Assembly: GCA_964573295.1 (NCBI GenBank)
Contig: CAZNJE010000022.1
Span: 5,761-69,760, forward strand
Source: an uncultured bacterium
GTDB lineage: Bacteria > Eisenbacteria > RBG-16-71-46 > CAIMUX01 > WJJG01
Length of the DNA: 64,000 nucleotides
Direction of reading: 5' to 3'
Positions 38,859 to 48,401 of this stretch are shown here, in pieces (position 1 is the first letter of the stretch; the number at the start of each line of letters is the position of its first letter). The notes under the pieces were generated by a model, which made no database searches, was not told the origin of the DNA, and saw only the letters and a list, made by a program, of their open reading frames with translations. A program made the position numbers and the translations under genes.

Positions 38859-41426
38859 CTAGTGCTTCTCAGCGGCGACGATGCGCGGTGTCACGAAGAT
38901 CAAGAGCTCTCGTTTGTCGTCTTGTTCATCAGTGGACCGGAAGAGGTATCCCAGCACCGGCACACTCTTCAGTATCGGCACCCCGCGCTGAAATTTCGTC
39001 TTGCGCGTGTTGAGCAATCCGCCGATCACGGCTGTCTGGCCATTGCTGACCATGACCCGCGTGTCGGCTTCGGTTGTGTTGAAGACCACGCCGCCCTGAA
39101 CGGTGGCTTCCTGCGATAGGTCACTGATTTCCGGATGGATGTCCAGCGTGATCTCGTTGTCGGAGTTGACATGCGGCGTCACCTCCAAGGCGATCCCGAC
39201 CTGCTTGTACTCGGTGATGGCGTTGCCGGCCTCGTCCATGGTGATGACCGGTACCTCTTTGCCCACCAGAATCCGCGCCATACGGTTATTGACCGTGGTG
39301 ATCCGCGGCGTGGAGATGATATCGGCCTTGTTGTCGGTAGCCAGAGCTTGAATGCGCGCTTGCACTTCACCGAAGGACCGCAGAACGCCGACCTGGACGT
39401 TCCCGGCCGTGCCGACGACGTCGTCGGCCGTCATACTCACCGATCCGGACGCGTTCGAGTCGACCGAGTGGAGGTTGCTGAGCCCCCAGGCTATGCCCAG
39501 CTGTCGGGACATGGTGGCATCGACATCAACCAGCTCGGCCGTGATCTCGATCTGCAGCGTTTCTGTATCAAGGTCCTCCAGGGTGTACTTCAATTCCTCG
39601 AGTCGGGGCGCGATATCGGTGACGATGAGCGAGTTGGTGCGCTCATCGATCTCCACCGACCCACGGCCCGTTCGCATTGCGTCGACGACCGTCTTGAGCT
39701 CGTCGGCGTTGGCGTAGCGCAACGTCACGATCGCCGTCTCCAGGGGCATCAGATCTTCCTGCTTCCGAGCCGCGGATTCCCGGGCCAAGGCCTCTTCCTG
39801 AGCGGTGCGTTCGGTGGCCACGCGAATCACCGAGCCGTGGTCCATGGCGACCAGGCCCAGGGATCGGCTGACGGCGTCGAGCATCTCGTACCAGGGCAGG
39901 TCCACGGCGCGCAGGGTAATGGCACCTTTGACGTTGGCGTCGGCCACGATGTTCACGCCGGCGTACTCGGCGATCGAGCGCAGCACGGTGTGCACGTTGG
40001 CCCCCTGCACGTCCAGCGACATCACCGGCGCGGAACTGGCTGCTTGGCCGAAGCCCCCGCCGCCACCGGTTCCGAAATCGGGGGCGTCGTCGTGGCGGGG
40101 GCGCTTGTCGAGCCAGGTCTCATGGGCGCGCTTCACCGCGCCGGGGCGGTGGCGGGCAATCAGCTTCTCGTAGGGGTCGTAGTGCGCCGCTTCATCGGTT
40201 AGATCGACCTCGCCGGGGACGGCCGCAGCCGCGGGGCCCCCTGCCGTTGGGGCGGATCCCGCCGGGACCTCCGCCGGCGGAGCCGGCGTCGGCGCGACCT
40301 GGTCGAAGGGCGCGCTCCATGCGGCGTCCGCGGTGCGGGTGGCCACCCTGTGGTCGCCGTCGGTCCAGTCTTCCTCGGGAAGCGCTTCGGCCTGCCGGCC
40401 TCCGACGAAATTGGTCAGCGGGTCTGGGGCGCTCGCAGCCAGGATGAGTTCATCGCCCCATACCTCGGGACAGCCCTCGTCCGACCAGTTTCCCTCGTCC
40501 AACCCGTTCTCCTCGTCGGACCAGTTCGCCTCGTCGGACCAGTTCTCCTCGTCCGGCCTATCTCCCTCGCCGGAGCTTTCGTTGAACCCGCTGAGATCCT
40601 CGCCGCGTTGATCCGGCGAGACCGCATCATCCACAGGGCTGGGTTCTGGCCAGACCTCGTCAACCCCAGTGCCGGGTTCTGACCAGGCCAGCTCCGCGAC
40701 ACCCGGGTTTGACCAGATCGACGCGCCTGGATTCGTATCGGAGTCCGCCGGATCCTCCCCGGTGTCCCGGCCAGACTCGATCTCCGCGAACCATTCGGGC
40801 GGAGCCTCGATCTCCTTGCCGGTCCCCTCCTCGGGAGGGCTGTCACCGACCATGGCGGGTTCAGCAGTGGGTTCCGCGGGAGGGCCGAAGGGCACGAGCA
40901 TCGGGCCCCATGACTCCATGTCCCCACCTGGCGCCGGTGATGTGGAGGTTTCCTGGGCGTCAGCCGAATCCGCCGTCCCAGCATCTTGCGGTCCCGGTGC
41001 CCCGTCGTCCGGCACTTCGCTCCACACGACCAGTGCCAGGCCGTCCCCGCTGCGCTCGACCGTGAACTCGACCTCTGCCCGTGTCTCGAGGACATAGCGC
41101 ACGATCGATTCGGTCGGCGTGTCCTTCCACAGCGAGCAGCGCAGATCCGCCACCAGCGGGTCATCGTCCGGAGCCGTCACCTTCCAGGGTGCCTTCACGC
41201 CCACCAGATCCAAGACAACGCGGTACGGATCCCGCATCGCGAACACGTCGAAGGTCAGATCGCTTTCGGCTTGCAGGCGGAGTGTGCCCACCTCGCTCTC
41301 GCAGGCGTAGTGGGCGCCCGCCAATTCCACCGGTTCTCCACCGCTCTGGGCGCCGGCCGCCGCGATCAGCAGCCCCGCGAGCACCAAGCAGGTCAAGCCG
41401 CTGCAGATCCCTGTCCTAGCGTTCAT
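38859..41426 (-). CDS. pilQ: Type IV pilus secretin PilQ, with a ~250-aa acidic low-complexity N-terminal insertion
   Basis: The C-terminal secretin domain is ...GQTAVIGGLLNTRKTKFQRGVPILKSVPVLGYLFRSTDEQDDKRELLIFVTPRIV. N0-like domains and a signal peptide MNARTGICSGLTCLVLAGLLIAAAGAQS are present. The acidic repeats (DEENWSDEANWSDEENGLDEGNWSDEG...) are encoded by tandem DNA repeats at ~40480-40570. Confidence 0.9.
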   Translation of the reverse strand: MNARTGICSGLTCLVLAGLLIAAAGAQSGGEPVELAGAHYACESEVGTLRLQAESDLTFDVFAMRDPYRVVLDLVGVKAPWKVTAPDDDPLVADLRCSLWKDTPTESIVRYVLETRAEVEFTVERSGDGLALVVWSEVPDDGAPGPQDAGTADSADAQETSTSPAPGGDMESWGPMLVPFGPPAEPTAEPAMVGDSPPEEGTGKEIEAPPEWFAEIESGRDTGEDPADSDTNPGASIWSNPGVAELAWSEPGTGVDEVWPEPSPVDDAVSPDQRGEDLSGFNESSGEGDRPDEENWSDEANWSDEENGLDEGNWSDEGCPEVWGDELILAASAPDPLTNFVGGRQAEALPEEDWTDGDHRVATRTADAAWSAPFDQVAPTPAPPAEVPAGSAPTAGGPAAAAVPGEVDLTDEAAHYDPYEKLIARHRPGAVKRAHETWLDKRPRHDDAPDFGTGGGGGFGQAASSAPVMSLDVQGANVHTVLRSIAEYAGVNIVADANVKGAITLRAVDLPWYEMLDAVSRSLGLVAMDHGSVIRVATERTAQEEALARESAARKQEDLMPLETAIVTLRYANADELKTVVDAMRTGRGSVEIDERTNSLIVTDIAPRLEELKYTLEDLDTETLQIEITAELVDVDATMSRQLGIAWGLSNLHSVDSNASGSVSMTADDVVGTAGNVQVGVLRSFGEVQARIQALATDNKADIISTPRITTVNNRMARILVGKEVPVITMDEAGNAITEYKQVGIALEVTPHVNSDNEITLDIHPEISDLSQEATVQGGVVFNTTEADTRVMVSNGQTAVIGGLLNTRKTKFQRGVPILKSVPVLGYLFRSTDEQDDKRELLIFVTPRIVAAEKH

Positions 41427-41892
41427 CTTTGTCCTCCACCCCCGAGGTAACCGGAAGGGTCACCGTCTTGGCCACTCCGTAGTGGCTCACCCTCACGGTG
41501 ATACCGTCCAGGCTCACCGCCACGACCCGACCGTTGCTGATCCGGTCGCCCTGTCTCAGGATCATGTTCTTGCCGCCCACCGTCTGCACGAGGGCAAATC
41601 GGTCATTCGCACCCCACAAGATACCGACGACGATCAGATCGTCGACCTCCAGCGGGCCATCGGCGACCTCTTCTCCGCCAGCGACCAGCAACGCCGCAAA
41701 CGGATCGCGCAGCGCGCTGCTTTGGTAGAAGTACGGTTCAGGGGACAGGAAATCGTCGAGCACCTCGCCCACATCCAGAAGCAGTGAGTCCCCCGCCGCG
41801 CCACCTTCGTCCATCGCCTTCGTTCGGGCCTCTTGCGCCCCCGCGAGTCCCGTCAACAGGATCAGGAGGCCCATCGCGTACGCCAGTCTCAT
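41416..41892 (-). CDS. pilP: Type IV pilus assembly lipoprotein PilP-like
   Basis: It sits between pilO and pilQ. It is small, with a signal peptide (MRLAYAMGLLILLTGLAGAQ) and a C-terminal beta domain (NGRVVAVSLDGITVRV). Confidence 0.7.
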   Translation of the reverse strand: MRLAYAMGLLILLTGLAGAQEARTKAMDEGGAAGDSLLLDVGEVLDDFLSPEPYFYQSSALRDPFAALLVAGGEEVADGPLEVDDLIVVGILWGANDRFALVQTVGGKNMILRQGDRISNGRVVAVSLDGITVRVSHYGVAKTVTLPVTSGVEDKDER

Positions 41893-42563
41893 TCTTCGCT
41901 ACCTCCCTGTCCGCCCGAGTTACTCTGGCGTCCCCGGACCTTGGCCGCCACGCCCCGCGAGGTCGGGGCATCGTCGGGCGGCGCTTCGCCCGCGGGAGCG
42001 GCGCCCAGTGTGTAGGCCACTGCCGTGAAGCTCGCGCGGGCCGGGAAGTTCGGGTTGTCGCGCGGCGGCAACTGTTCGATCACCAGGTCGCGCACGTTGA
42101 TGATGCGGGTCATCGCCGCGACCTCGTTCAGGAACGAGGCGATCTGGTGATACCCCCCGTCGACTTTGATGTTCAGCAGGTTCTCGCGGTAGAAGTCACC
42201 GCTCACCGTCCCCGCCGGCTGAAACAAGACGAAGTCGACACCGCAGCTCTGGCCCCGGAAGGAAACCTCCCGGAACAGGCTGATGATCTGCTTGTCACCG
42301 GGCAGGAGCTGATTGGCCTCCTCCCACTTGCTCTGCAGGGCCTCGAACTCGGCCTCCAGGTGCGGCAGGTGCTTCATCGACTGCCGCGCCCGGTTCACTT
42401 CCAGACTCACCTTCTCGTACTGGCCGCGCAGCTCGCCGAGCTCCGCCGCCTGGGCTTTGTAGGAGAAGGGAACCAGGGCGGTGAAGAAGTTCAGGTACAG
42501 AATCGCCGCCCCGCCGATGCCCAGGAAGAGCAGCTTGGCTGTCTTGGGATCGTTGATGTCCAT
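41889..42563 (-). CDS. pilO: Type IV pilus assembly protein PilO
   Basis: It has a single N-terminal TM (LLFLGIGGAAILYLNFF), a coiled coil, and a ferredoxin-like periplasmic domain. It lies in pilMNOPQ order. Confidence 0.8.
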   Translation of the reverse strand: MDINDPKTAKLLFLGIGGAAILYLNFFTALVPFSYKAQAAELGELRGQYEKVSLEVNRARQSMKHLPHLEAEFEALQSKWEEANQLLPGDKQIISLFREVSFRGQSCGVDFVLFQPAGTVSGDFYRENLLNIKVDGGYHQIASFLNEVAAMTRIINVRDLVIEQLPPRDNPNFPARASFTAVAYTLGAAPAGEAPPDDAPTSRGVAAKVRGRQSNSGGQGGSEE

Positions 42564-42594
42564 CCGTTGCTCCCTCCTGCTCCCGGACGGTCGC

Positions 42595-43149
42595 CTACCT
42601 GGTGACCCGGGTGGTCAGGGTGAAGGTCATGACCGGCTCGCCATCGATCTGCTTACGTTCGGCTACCGACAGGTCCACCTGGCCGTAGAGGTCGGTTGCC
42701 TCCAGCCTGCTCATCAGGTCCGCCACCACGAGGTTCGAGAAGGTCACTCCCTCGAGGACGTAGGACGCTGGAGAGGTCTGCTGCAGCTTGGTCAGCCAAA
42801 GATGCTCCGGAATCTGCATGGACAGCTCGTCGAGCAGCTGCACTTGCATCGTACGCTCGCGATTCAAATCTCGGACCAGATTCAGTCGCAGGTTCAGTTC
42901 CTCGCGTTTCTGCATGAGCTGATTGATGCGCTCGATCTGCGGCTTCAGCCGCTGGCTCTCCTGCTGGGCCACCATGACATCGTTGCGCAGGCTCTGAATC
43001 TTGCTGGCCTGTATCAGGTACAGCGCGGTCAGAGGCACCACCAGCGCGACGATCGCCGCCAACGGCAACAAGAAGTTCTTCCGGGGAGCCTGGACGAGCT
43101 GTCGTTCCTCGGTCCGCTCCTCCTTCGGCAGGAGGTTGACGCTAATCAC
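42595..43149 (-). CDS. pilN: Type IV pilus assembly protein PilN
   Basis: A GTG start at 43149 gives MISVNLLPKEERTEE..., the canonical PilN N-terminus (INLLP). It has a TM and a coiled coil. The ORF's annotated upstream M is probably not used. Confidence 0.8.
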   Translation of the reverse strand: MISVNLLPKEERTEERQLVQAPRKNFLLPLAAIVALVVPLTALYLIQASKIQSLRNDVMVAQQESQRLKPQIERINQLMQKREELNLRLNLVRDLNRERTMQVQLLDELSMQIPEHLWLTKLQQTSPASYVLEGVTFSNLVVADLMSRLEATDLYGQVDLSVAERKQIDGEPVMTFTLTTRVTR

Positions 43150-43150
43150 C

Positions 43151-44188
43151 TCAAGCCCCCTTTCTGAGCGCCAGCCCAACCCCAACAGCCAGCTGCGGGG
43201 CGATGTCCTGGGGATCCGATCCTTGGAAGATGTCCGGTAGGTAGCGCAGCCGTCGCAGCGGATTGATCATCTCGACCGGCAGGGGCTGCACCTGAGTCAG
43301 GGCTTCCACGAAGCCTGGGATGCGCGCGCCGCCGCCCGAGAGGAAGATCCGGTCCAGGTGCTCGGCTTCCCCGGACGTCCGCAGGTAGGTAGCCGACTTC
43401 TCCAGGCTCTGGGCGATGTCCTTGCAGAAGCTCTCTATCATGGGGGCGACCTCGAGCTTACCGCCTGTGGCCTGCAGCGCCTGCACCGCTTCCTCGCGGC
43501 TCACCTGGAACCGCTTCTGAATCGTTCGCACCACCGTGTTGATCCCAACCGACAGATCCTGCGTGTAGAGCGGCACCCCGTCGCGGATGATGTTCACGTT
43601 CGTGATCTCCGCGCCCAGATCGAGCAACACCGCCAGCTCCTCGGGCCGCAGGTCGTGCGCCGTCTCCACCACGTTCTGAATCGCGAAGGAGTTGACGTCG
43701 ATCACCTCCGGGGCCAGTCCGGCCTCGCGGATGATGTCGGCCAGATTCAGAATCAGGTCGCGCTTCGCCGCCACGAGCAGGACCTGCATCTGGTTCGGGC
43801 CGATGTCGGCGGGAAGGATTTCGTAGTCGATCGAAACGTCGTTGATGTCGTAGGGAATGTGCTGCTCGGCTTCCCAGTAGATCGCTTCGGCAGCGGCCTC
43901 TTCCGGAAGACGCTCCATGACGATCTTCTTGACGATCACCCCGCGGCCGTGAATGCCGGCAATCACCCGGCGGCGCCGGATGCCGCGTGACTCGAACAGG
44001 TTCTGAATCATCTCGACGACCATCTGGCGATCCATGATCTCGCCGTCGACGATCGTCTCCGGATCCAGCGGGGCCACCCCGTAGTTCAGCAGGTGGTACT
44101 CGTTGCCCTGGCGCTCGATTTCGACGACCTTGATGGCACTGGCGCCGATATCGAGCCCGACGGTTGTCTTCTTGCGTTTGTTGAACAC
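43151..44188 (-). CDS. pilM: Type IV pilus assembly ATPase-fold protein PilM
   Basis: MFNKRKKTTVGLDIGASAIKVVEI... has an actin-like fold. It shows PilM-family similarity throughout. Confidence 0.9.
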   Translation of the reverse strand: MFNKRKKTTVGLDIGASAIKVVEIERQGNEYHLLNYGVAPLDPETIVDGEIMDRQMVVEMIQNLFESRGIRRRRVIAGIHGRGVIVKKIVMERLPEEAAAEAIYWEAEQHIPYDINDVSIDYEILPADIGPNQMQVLLVAAKRDLILNLADIIREAGLAPEVIDVNSFAIQNVVETAHDLRPEELAVLLDLGAEITNVNIIRDGVPLYTQDLSVGINTVVRTIQKRFQVSREEAVQALQATGGKLEVAPMIESFCKDIAQSLEKSATYLRTSGEAEHLDRIFLSGGGARIPGFVEALTQVQPLPVEMINPLRRLRYLPDIFQGSDPQDIAPQLAVGVGLALRKGA

Positions 44189-44328
44189 CTGGTCTGCCTC
44201 CTCGCGCCCAGGTTATGGGGGATGCGGCTCACGGCTGAGCCACGGGATCGCGATCTAAGGTTGATATCGACCCCCAAAACCGGCTTCCTGAGCGCATAGG
44301 AGGTTGGTGAAAGGAATCTGTCGAGAAA

Positions 44329-45135
44329 TCAGGAGAGCGGAAAGAGCCGCAAGTAGATGTTCCACAGAGTGTTCCCGGCAAACAGCACAATCCACGCCGC
44401 CGGCGCGAGAAAGGTCCCAAATGGCAGCGCCGTCTGGCGGTTCCCACGGCCGCCCAGCATGAGGCCCACGCCCACGATCGAGCCCACGAAGGAACCGCAG
44501 AGGATGGTCCCCAGTGCTCCTTGCCAGCCCAGGAACGCACCCACCATGGCCATGAGCTTGACGTCACCCATGCCCAGGCCCTCCCGACCGGTCGCCAGCT
44601 GGTAGCCGTAGGCCACGGCCAAGAGCCCCCCCCCGCCGGCCAGCACACCCAGGAGCGCATCGCCTATCGAAGGCGGCCCCAGGAGCGCCCAGGTCAAGCC
44701 CAGGACGGTGCCCGGAATCGTGATGCTGTCGGGGATGATGCGGTGGTCGTAGTCGATGAAGACGACGGCCAAGAGAGCCAGCACGAAGACCATCCACAGC
44801 AGCGCCGCCCAAACGGTGCCCCCATGCGCGAAGGCCAGCACGGTCAGCAGGGCACCGGCGGCTTCCACCACCGGATAGCGCCACGGAATCCGCGCCCCGC
44901 ACCCACGGCACCGGCCGCGCAGGAAAAGGAAGCTCACCAGGGGAACATTCTCCCATGGACGCACGCGCCTCGCACAGGCCGGACAGTGCGATGGTGGATG
45001 AACCAGGGAGAGTCCGCGCGGGAGCCGGTAGATCACGACGTTGAGAAAGCTGCCCAGGGCAGCGCCCAGCCAGGCCACCAGCGCCCAGCCCCACCACTGC
45101 CCCTGGAGTGCTTGGTAGATCCACTCGGCATTCAT
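44329..45135 (-). CDS. pilD: Prepilin peptidase / N-methyltransferase PilD (A24 family)
   Basis: The ATG is at 45135. The tetracysteine motif is CPACARRVRPWENVPLVSFLFLRGRCRGCGARI. The catalytic Asp-containing loops are DYDHRIIPD and GMGDVKLMAMVGAFLG. Confidence 0.9.
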   Translation of the reverse strand: MNAEWIYQALQGQWWGWALVAWLGAALGSFLNVVIYRLPRGLSLVHPPSHCPACARRVRPWENVPLVSFLFLRGRCRGCGARIPWRYPVVEAAGALLTVLAFAHGGTVWAALLWMVFVLALLAVVFIDYDHRIIPDSITIPGTVLGLTWALLGPPSIGDALLGVLAGGGGLLAVAYGYQLATGREGLGMGDVKLMAMVGAFLGWQGALGTILCGSFVGSIVGVGLMLGGRGNRQTALPFGTFLAPAAWIVLFAGNTLWNIYLRLFPLS

Positions 45136-45178
45136 GCGACCGTCCTTTCCCGGCGGCTGCCCGCAGGCCACCAGGCGG

Positions 45179-45880
45179 CTAGCGCGTCTCGCCCGGTTCC
45201 AGATCCGCAAGGCGCTCGGACGCCATGCGCCTGATCTCCTCGTTGTCGCTGGTCTCGGCCAGCAAGCTCCACAGCACCTTGGCCGTCTCCGGGTCGCCGG
45301 CCTTCTCGTAGGCCGCCGCCGCGAATCGGTGGGCGTAGGGCGCGGCGCCCTCGAGGTGAGCGGCGTTGTAGAAATTCCCCGCCGCCGACCGGTAGTCCTT
45401 CAGGGCCACGTACTGGAAGAAGCCGAGCTCGAAGCGCAGCTTCCATGAGCCCGGATTGCGATCGACTCCGCGCTGCAACAGCTCTTCGGCCTGCTCCAGA
45501 TACCCGCCCTCGGACATGACCAGAGCGGCGAACAGGTAGGCGTTCTCGAACTGCGGATCGGCATCGGTGAGCGTGAAGAACAGGTGCGGCGACAGCTGGT
45601 AACGCCGGTCGGTCTGCCGGTGCTTGCCGTAGTACTGAATCGCCTCCAACCACGCCAGGTCGGCCAGCAGCTGCGGGTGGCCGAGGCTCAGTTCCCGCAG
45701 CCATTCTCCGGAGGGGAAGAGCGCCAGCTCGCTCTGGTCGCGGATCGGAGGACGCGCGCCCGCCAACGCTTCACGCAGTGGAATCGATGCGGTCAACAAG
45801 ACGATGGCCAGCGCGAGGTAGGCGAGGGCGTGTAGGTGCGCTCTTCTGCGCGGCTGCTTGTGTAGCGGGCTCCGCATCAT
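45179..45880 (-). CDS. Membrane-anchored TPR-like protein, T4P-associated by position (possible PilG-like accessory protein or PilF/Tgl-like pilotin)
   Basis: It has an N-terminal signal anchor (HLHALAYLALAIVLLTASIP) and helical repeat content. It sits between the ABC transporter genes and pilD, where the M. xanthus cluster also carries an accessory gene. The function is inferred from synteny only. Confidence 0.45.
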   Translation of the reverse strand: MMRSPLHKQPRRRAHLHALAYLALAIVLLTASIPLREALAGARPPIRDQSELALFPSGEWLRELSLGHPQLLADLAWLEAIQYYGKHRQTDRRYQLSPHLFFTLTDADPQFENAYLFAALVMSEGGYLEQAEELLQRGVDRNPGSWKLRFELGFFQYVALKDYRSAAGNFYNAAHLEGAAPYAHRFAAAAYEKAGDPETAKVLWSLLAETSDNEEIRRMASERLADLEPGETR

Positions 45881-45925
45881 CCCTACCTTCTGCGCTACCC
45901 GGCCGCGCGGCCGGAGCGTTGGTGC

Positions 45926-46694
45926 CTACGAAAACTCACGCCGCCGAAACACGAGACTGGCCACCGCCAAAACGGCCGCGCTGTAGACCAGCGCATAGAG
46001 GGTGGCCCACATCAAAGGCTCAGGCGCCACCGCTTGGCGGTGGATGACCTCGAGGGTGTAGCTGAAGAGGTCAAGACGGGGGACGACCAAGAACACCCCT
46101 TCCAACACCCCGGCCGCTGCCGCCCCGGGCAGCATCTCGGCGAACTCGAGGAGGCTGCCGGCGAGGTGACCGGTGACGAACAAGCCCAGCAGAAAAAAGG
46201 TTGCCAGCACCGGGCTCGTGAAGCAGGTCAAGAGCATCGTCAGCGCGGCCATGACCACGAGCTCGAGCCAGGCATAATACCCGGCCGCCAGAAGCGCCAC
46301 GGTCAGGGGGTACCCAGAGACGGCCATGACCGCGGCCAGCAGGAGCACCATGACCGCCACGCTGAGACCGACCACCCCGGCCAGGCCCAGAAACTTCCCC
46401 ACGACGAACGCCTCGCGCCGGAGCGGCTTGGCAAGCAGGATCAGAATCGTCTTGCGATCGATCTCGCGGTGCACCATGCGGGTGCCCAGCACGACCAGGA
46501 GCAGGAAGCCGATCAAGGCGATGCCGCCCAGTCCGAGATCTACGGTGAGGCGATAGCCTTCCCCCAGAGCCAGCGGCGCCAGGAGCCGCGAGGCACCCAG
46601 GAGCAGGATCGCGAAGCCCACCAACGCCAGGAAAGCCTTCTCACGCATCGCGTCCAGAACGGTGTGCCGGGCCAACGACCAGATGGCAGTCATC
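45926..46694 (-). CDS. ABC-2 type transporter permease (PilI-like)
   Basis: The ATG at 46694 is preceded by GGAGG. It has six predicted TM helices. It lies downstream of the ABC ATPase gene. Confidence 0.7.
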
Positions 46695-46703
46695 ACCAAC
46701 CTC

Positions 46704-47676
46704 CTACGCCGCGCGCCGCGCGCCTTTGCCGTCCTGGTTCTCGCGGATGACCCGTTCGAAAAAGCGCTCGAGGCCCTCGCGTTCCGGGGAGACGGCCACG
46801 ATGGGCGCGCCCTCCCCCAGCAGCCGGCCCAGCGCGGCCGACACATCCGCCTTCGCCTGCGCGGGTACCTCCCAGGCCTCTTCCCCGTGACGAAGCGTTC
46901 GCGCGAGAACCCCGGGCGGGGCCGCGACGCGCCGGCCCCGATAGATGATCCTCACCCGGCCCTGATCCTCGCGCAACAGCTCGTCCAGGCTGCCATGCGC
47001 TAGAATCCGGCCGTCGGCCAGCAGCGCCACCCGATCGGCCAGCGATTCCACGTCAGGAAGCACGTGCGAGTTCAGCCAGACGGTCTTCCCTTCCGCCCGA
47101 AGACGCCGGATGAGATCCTTCGTCGCCGCCCGCGCCTCGGGATCGAGGCCGCCGAGGGGTTCATCGAGCAAGAGCAGCTGCGGGTCCGCCAGGAGCGCGG
47201 CGGCCAGGGTCACTCGCTGCAGCCATCCGCGCGAGAGCTTGCGGACTCTCTGCCGGCGACGGCCTTCGAGACCGCATAGCTCGATGACCTCCATCCGGCG
47301 GGCACGGCGCTGGGCCGCCGGCAGCTCGCACAAGCCGGCCATGAAGTCCAACGTCTCGTCCACGGTGAGCGCGGGGTACAGGTACGGTTGCTCGGGCTGG
47401 TAGCCAACGCGTGCCCGGGCCCGGCGGTCGCCGAGCGGGTAGCCGAGCACGCTGCCCCGTCCGCTGTCGGGCCGCACCAGACCCAGGAGTAGCTTCATCA
47501 GCGTGGTCTTGCCCGCGCCATTGGGCCCCAGCAGGGCAAACACCTCCCCCGGCGCCACGCGGAGCGAGACATCCCGCAGCACGGGTACCGGCCTCCGGCG
47601 CAGCCCGGTTCGGAAGGTCTTGGCGAGGCCTTCGAAGCGAACCACATCCTGCTCGATCGTTGTCATGCGCATTCCT
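46704..47676 (-). CDS. ABC transporter ATP-binding protein (PilH-like)
   Basis: Walker A is GPNGAGKTTL, the signature is LSRGWLQRVTLAAAL, and Walker B is LLLLDEP. The ATG at 47676 is preceded by GAGGAA. Confidence 0.8.
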
Positions 47677-47685
47677 CGCGTCCCC

Positions 47686-48075
47686 TCACCCGTTGGTGAG
47701 GGTGATGACAATACGGTCAGCCCCATAGCCCTCCACCGTGTAGATGCGACCGTCGGTGCTGTAGCCGATGTTGCCGGGGCGCAGCTCCGGCGGTCCGATC
47801 ACCGACGGTTCGCCCGTGAATGGATTGGGCGGATAGACCCCGCGGGGAAAGAGCCCCGGGGCCAGGTCGCCCAGCTCCGGCATGGCGCCGTCATGCGCGG
47901 CGGCCCAGTCCTCGACCACCCGTTGCACCGTGCGCGCGTTCTGTCGCACCTGGAACTCGCGCTCCCGGTCTCGCCGGTTCACGAGTTGCGGAATCGCCAG
48001 CGACAGCAGGATAGCCGTCACCAGGATCACCACCCCGAGCTCGAGCAGGGTGTATCCGCGCGAAGCGCCTCGCAT
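47686..48075 (-). CDS. pilA: Type IVa major pilin paralog 2 (129 aa)
   Basis: The ATG at 48075 is preceded by GGGGGAG. The class III signal is MRGASRG^YTLLELGVVILVTAILLSLAIPQL. The C-terminus ...VITLTNG is shared with paralog 1. Confidence 0.75.
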   Translation of the reverse strand: MRGASRGYTLLELGVVILVTAILLSLAIPQLVNRRDREREFQVRQNARTVQRVVEDWAAAHDGAMPELGDLAPGLFPRGVYPPNPFTGEPSVIGPPELRPGNIGYSTDGRIYTVEGYGADRIVITLTNG

Positions 48076-48097
48076 GAACTCGTCTCCCCCCAAGTGG

Positions 48098-48140
48098 AGT
48101 ACGCCTGAGCAGAAGTACGCCTGAGTAGAAGCACGCCTGG
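48098..48140. repeat. Tandem ~16-bp repeat AGTACGCCTGAGCAGA x ~2.7 upstream of pilin paralog 2
   Basis: It is seen directly in the inter-pilin spacer. Confidence 0.5.
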
Positions 48141-48340
48141 CCGGGGTTGCCCGGCAGGCCCCCTTGGATCACTCCCGTATCCCTGATCTCACACCCGACT
48201 GGATCACCGGCCGTGCATCTCCGCCTCATGCCCGAGTCTATCGACTGGCCGCCCCGACCCCGGCCTCATGCCCGAACGGACCGGCGAGCCGCTGCCCTCT
48301 ATGATCGGCCGCCGAGGGGGGGGGCTTGAATCTGGGGCAC

Positions 48341-48378
48341 GAAAAAGGGGCCAGACCCCTCGGAAGGGGCCTGGCCCG
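48341..48378 (-). terminator. Rho-independent terminator after pilin paralog 1 (hairpin GGGCCAGGCCCCTT-CCGA-GGGGTCTGGCCC followed by UUUUU on the minus strand)
   Basis: The stem-loop is followed by a T-tract on the coding (minus) strand. It lies 24 nt downstream of the pilA1 stop. Confidence 0.6.
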
Positions 48379-48401
48379 TCAGACCAACGAGTGCGGGGGG
48401 A

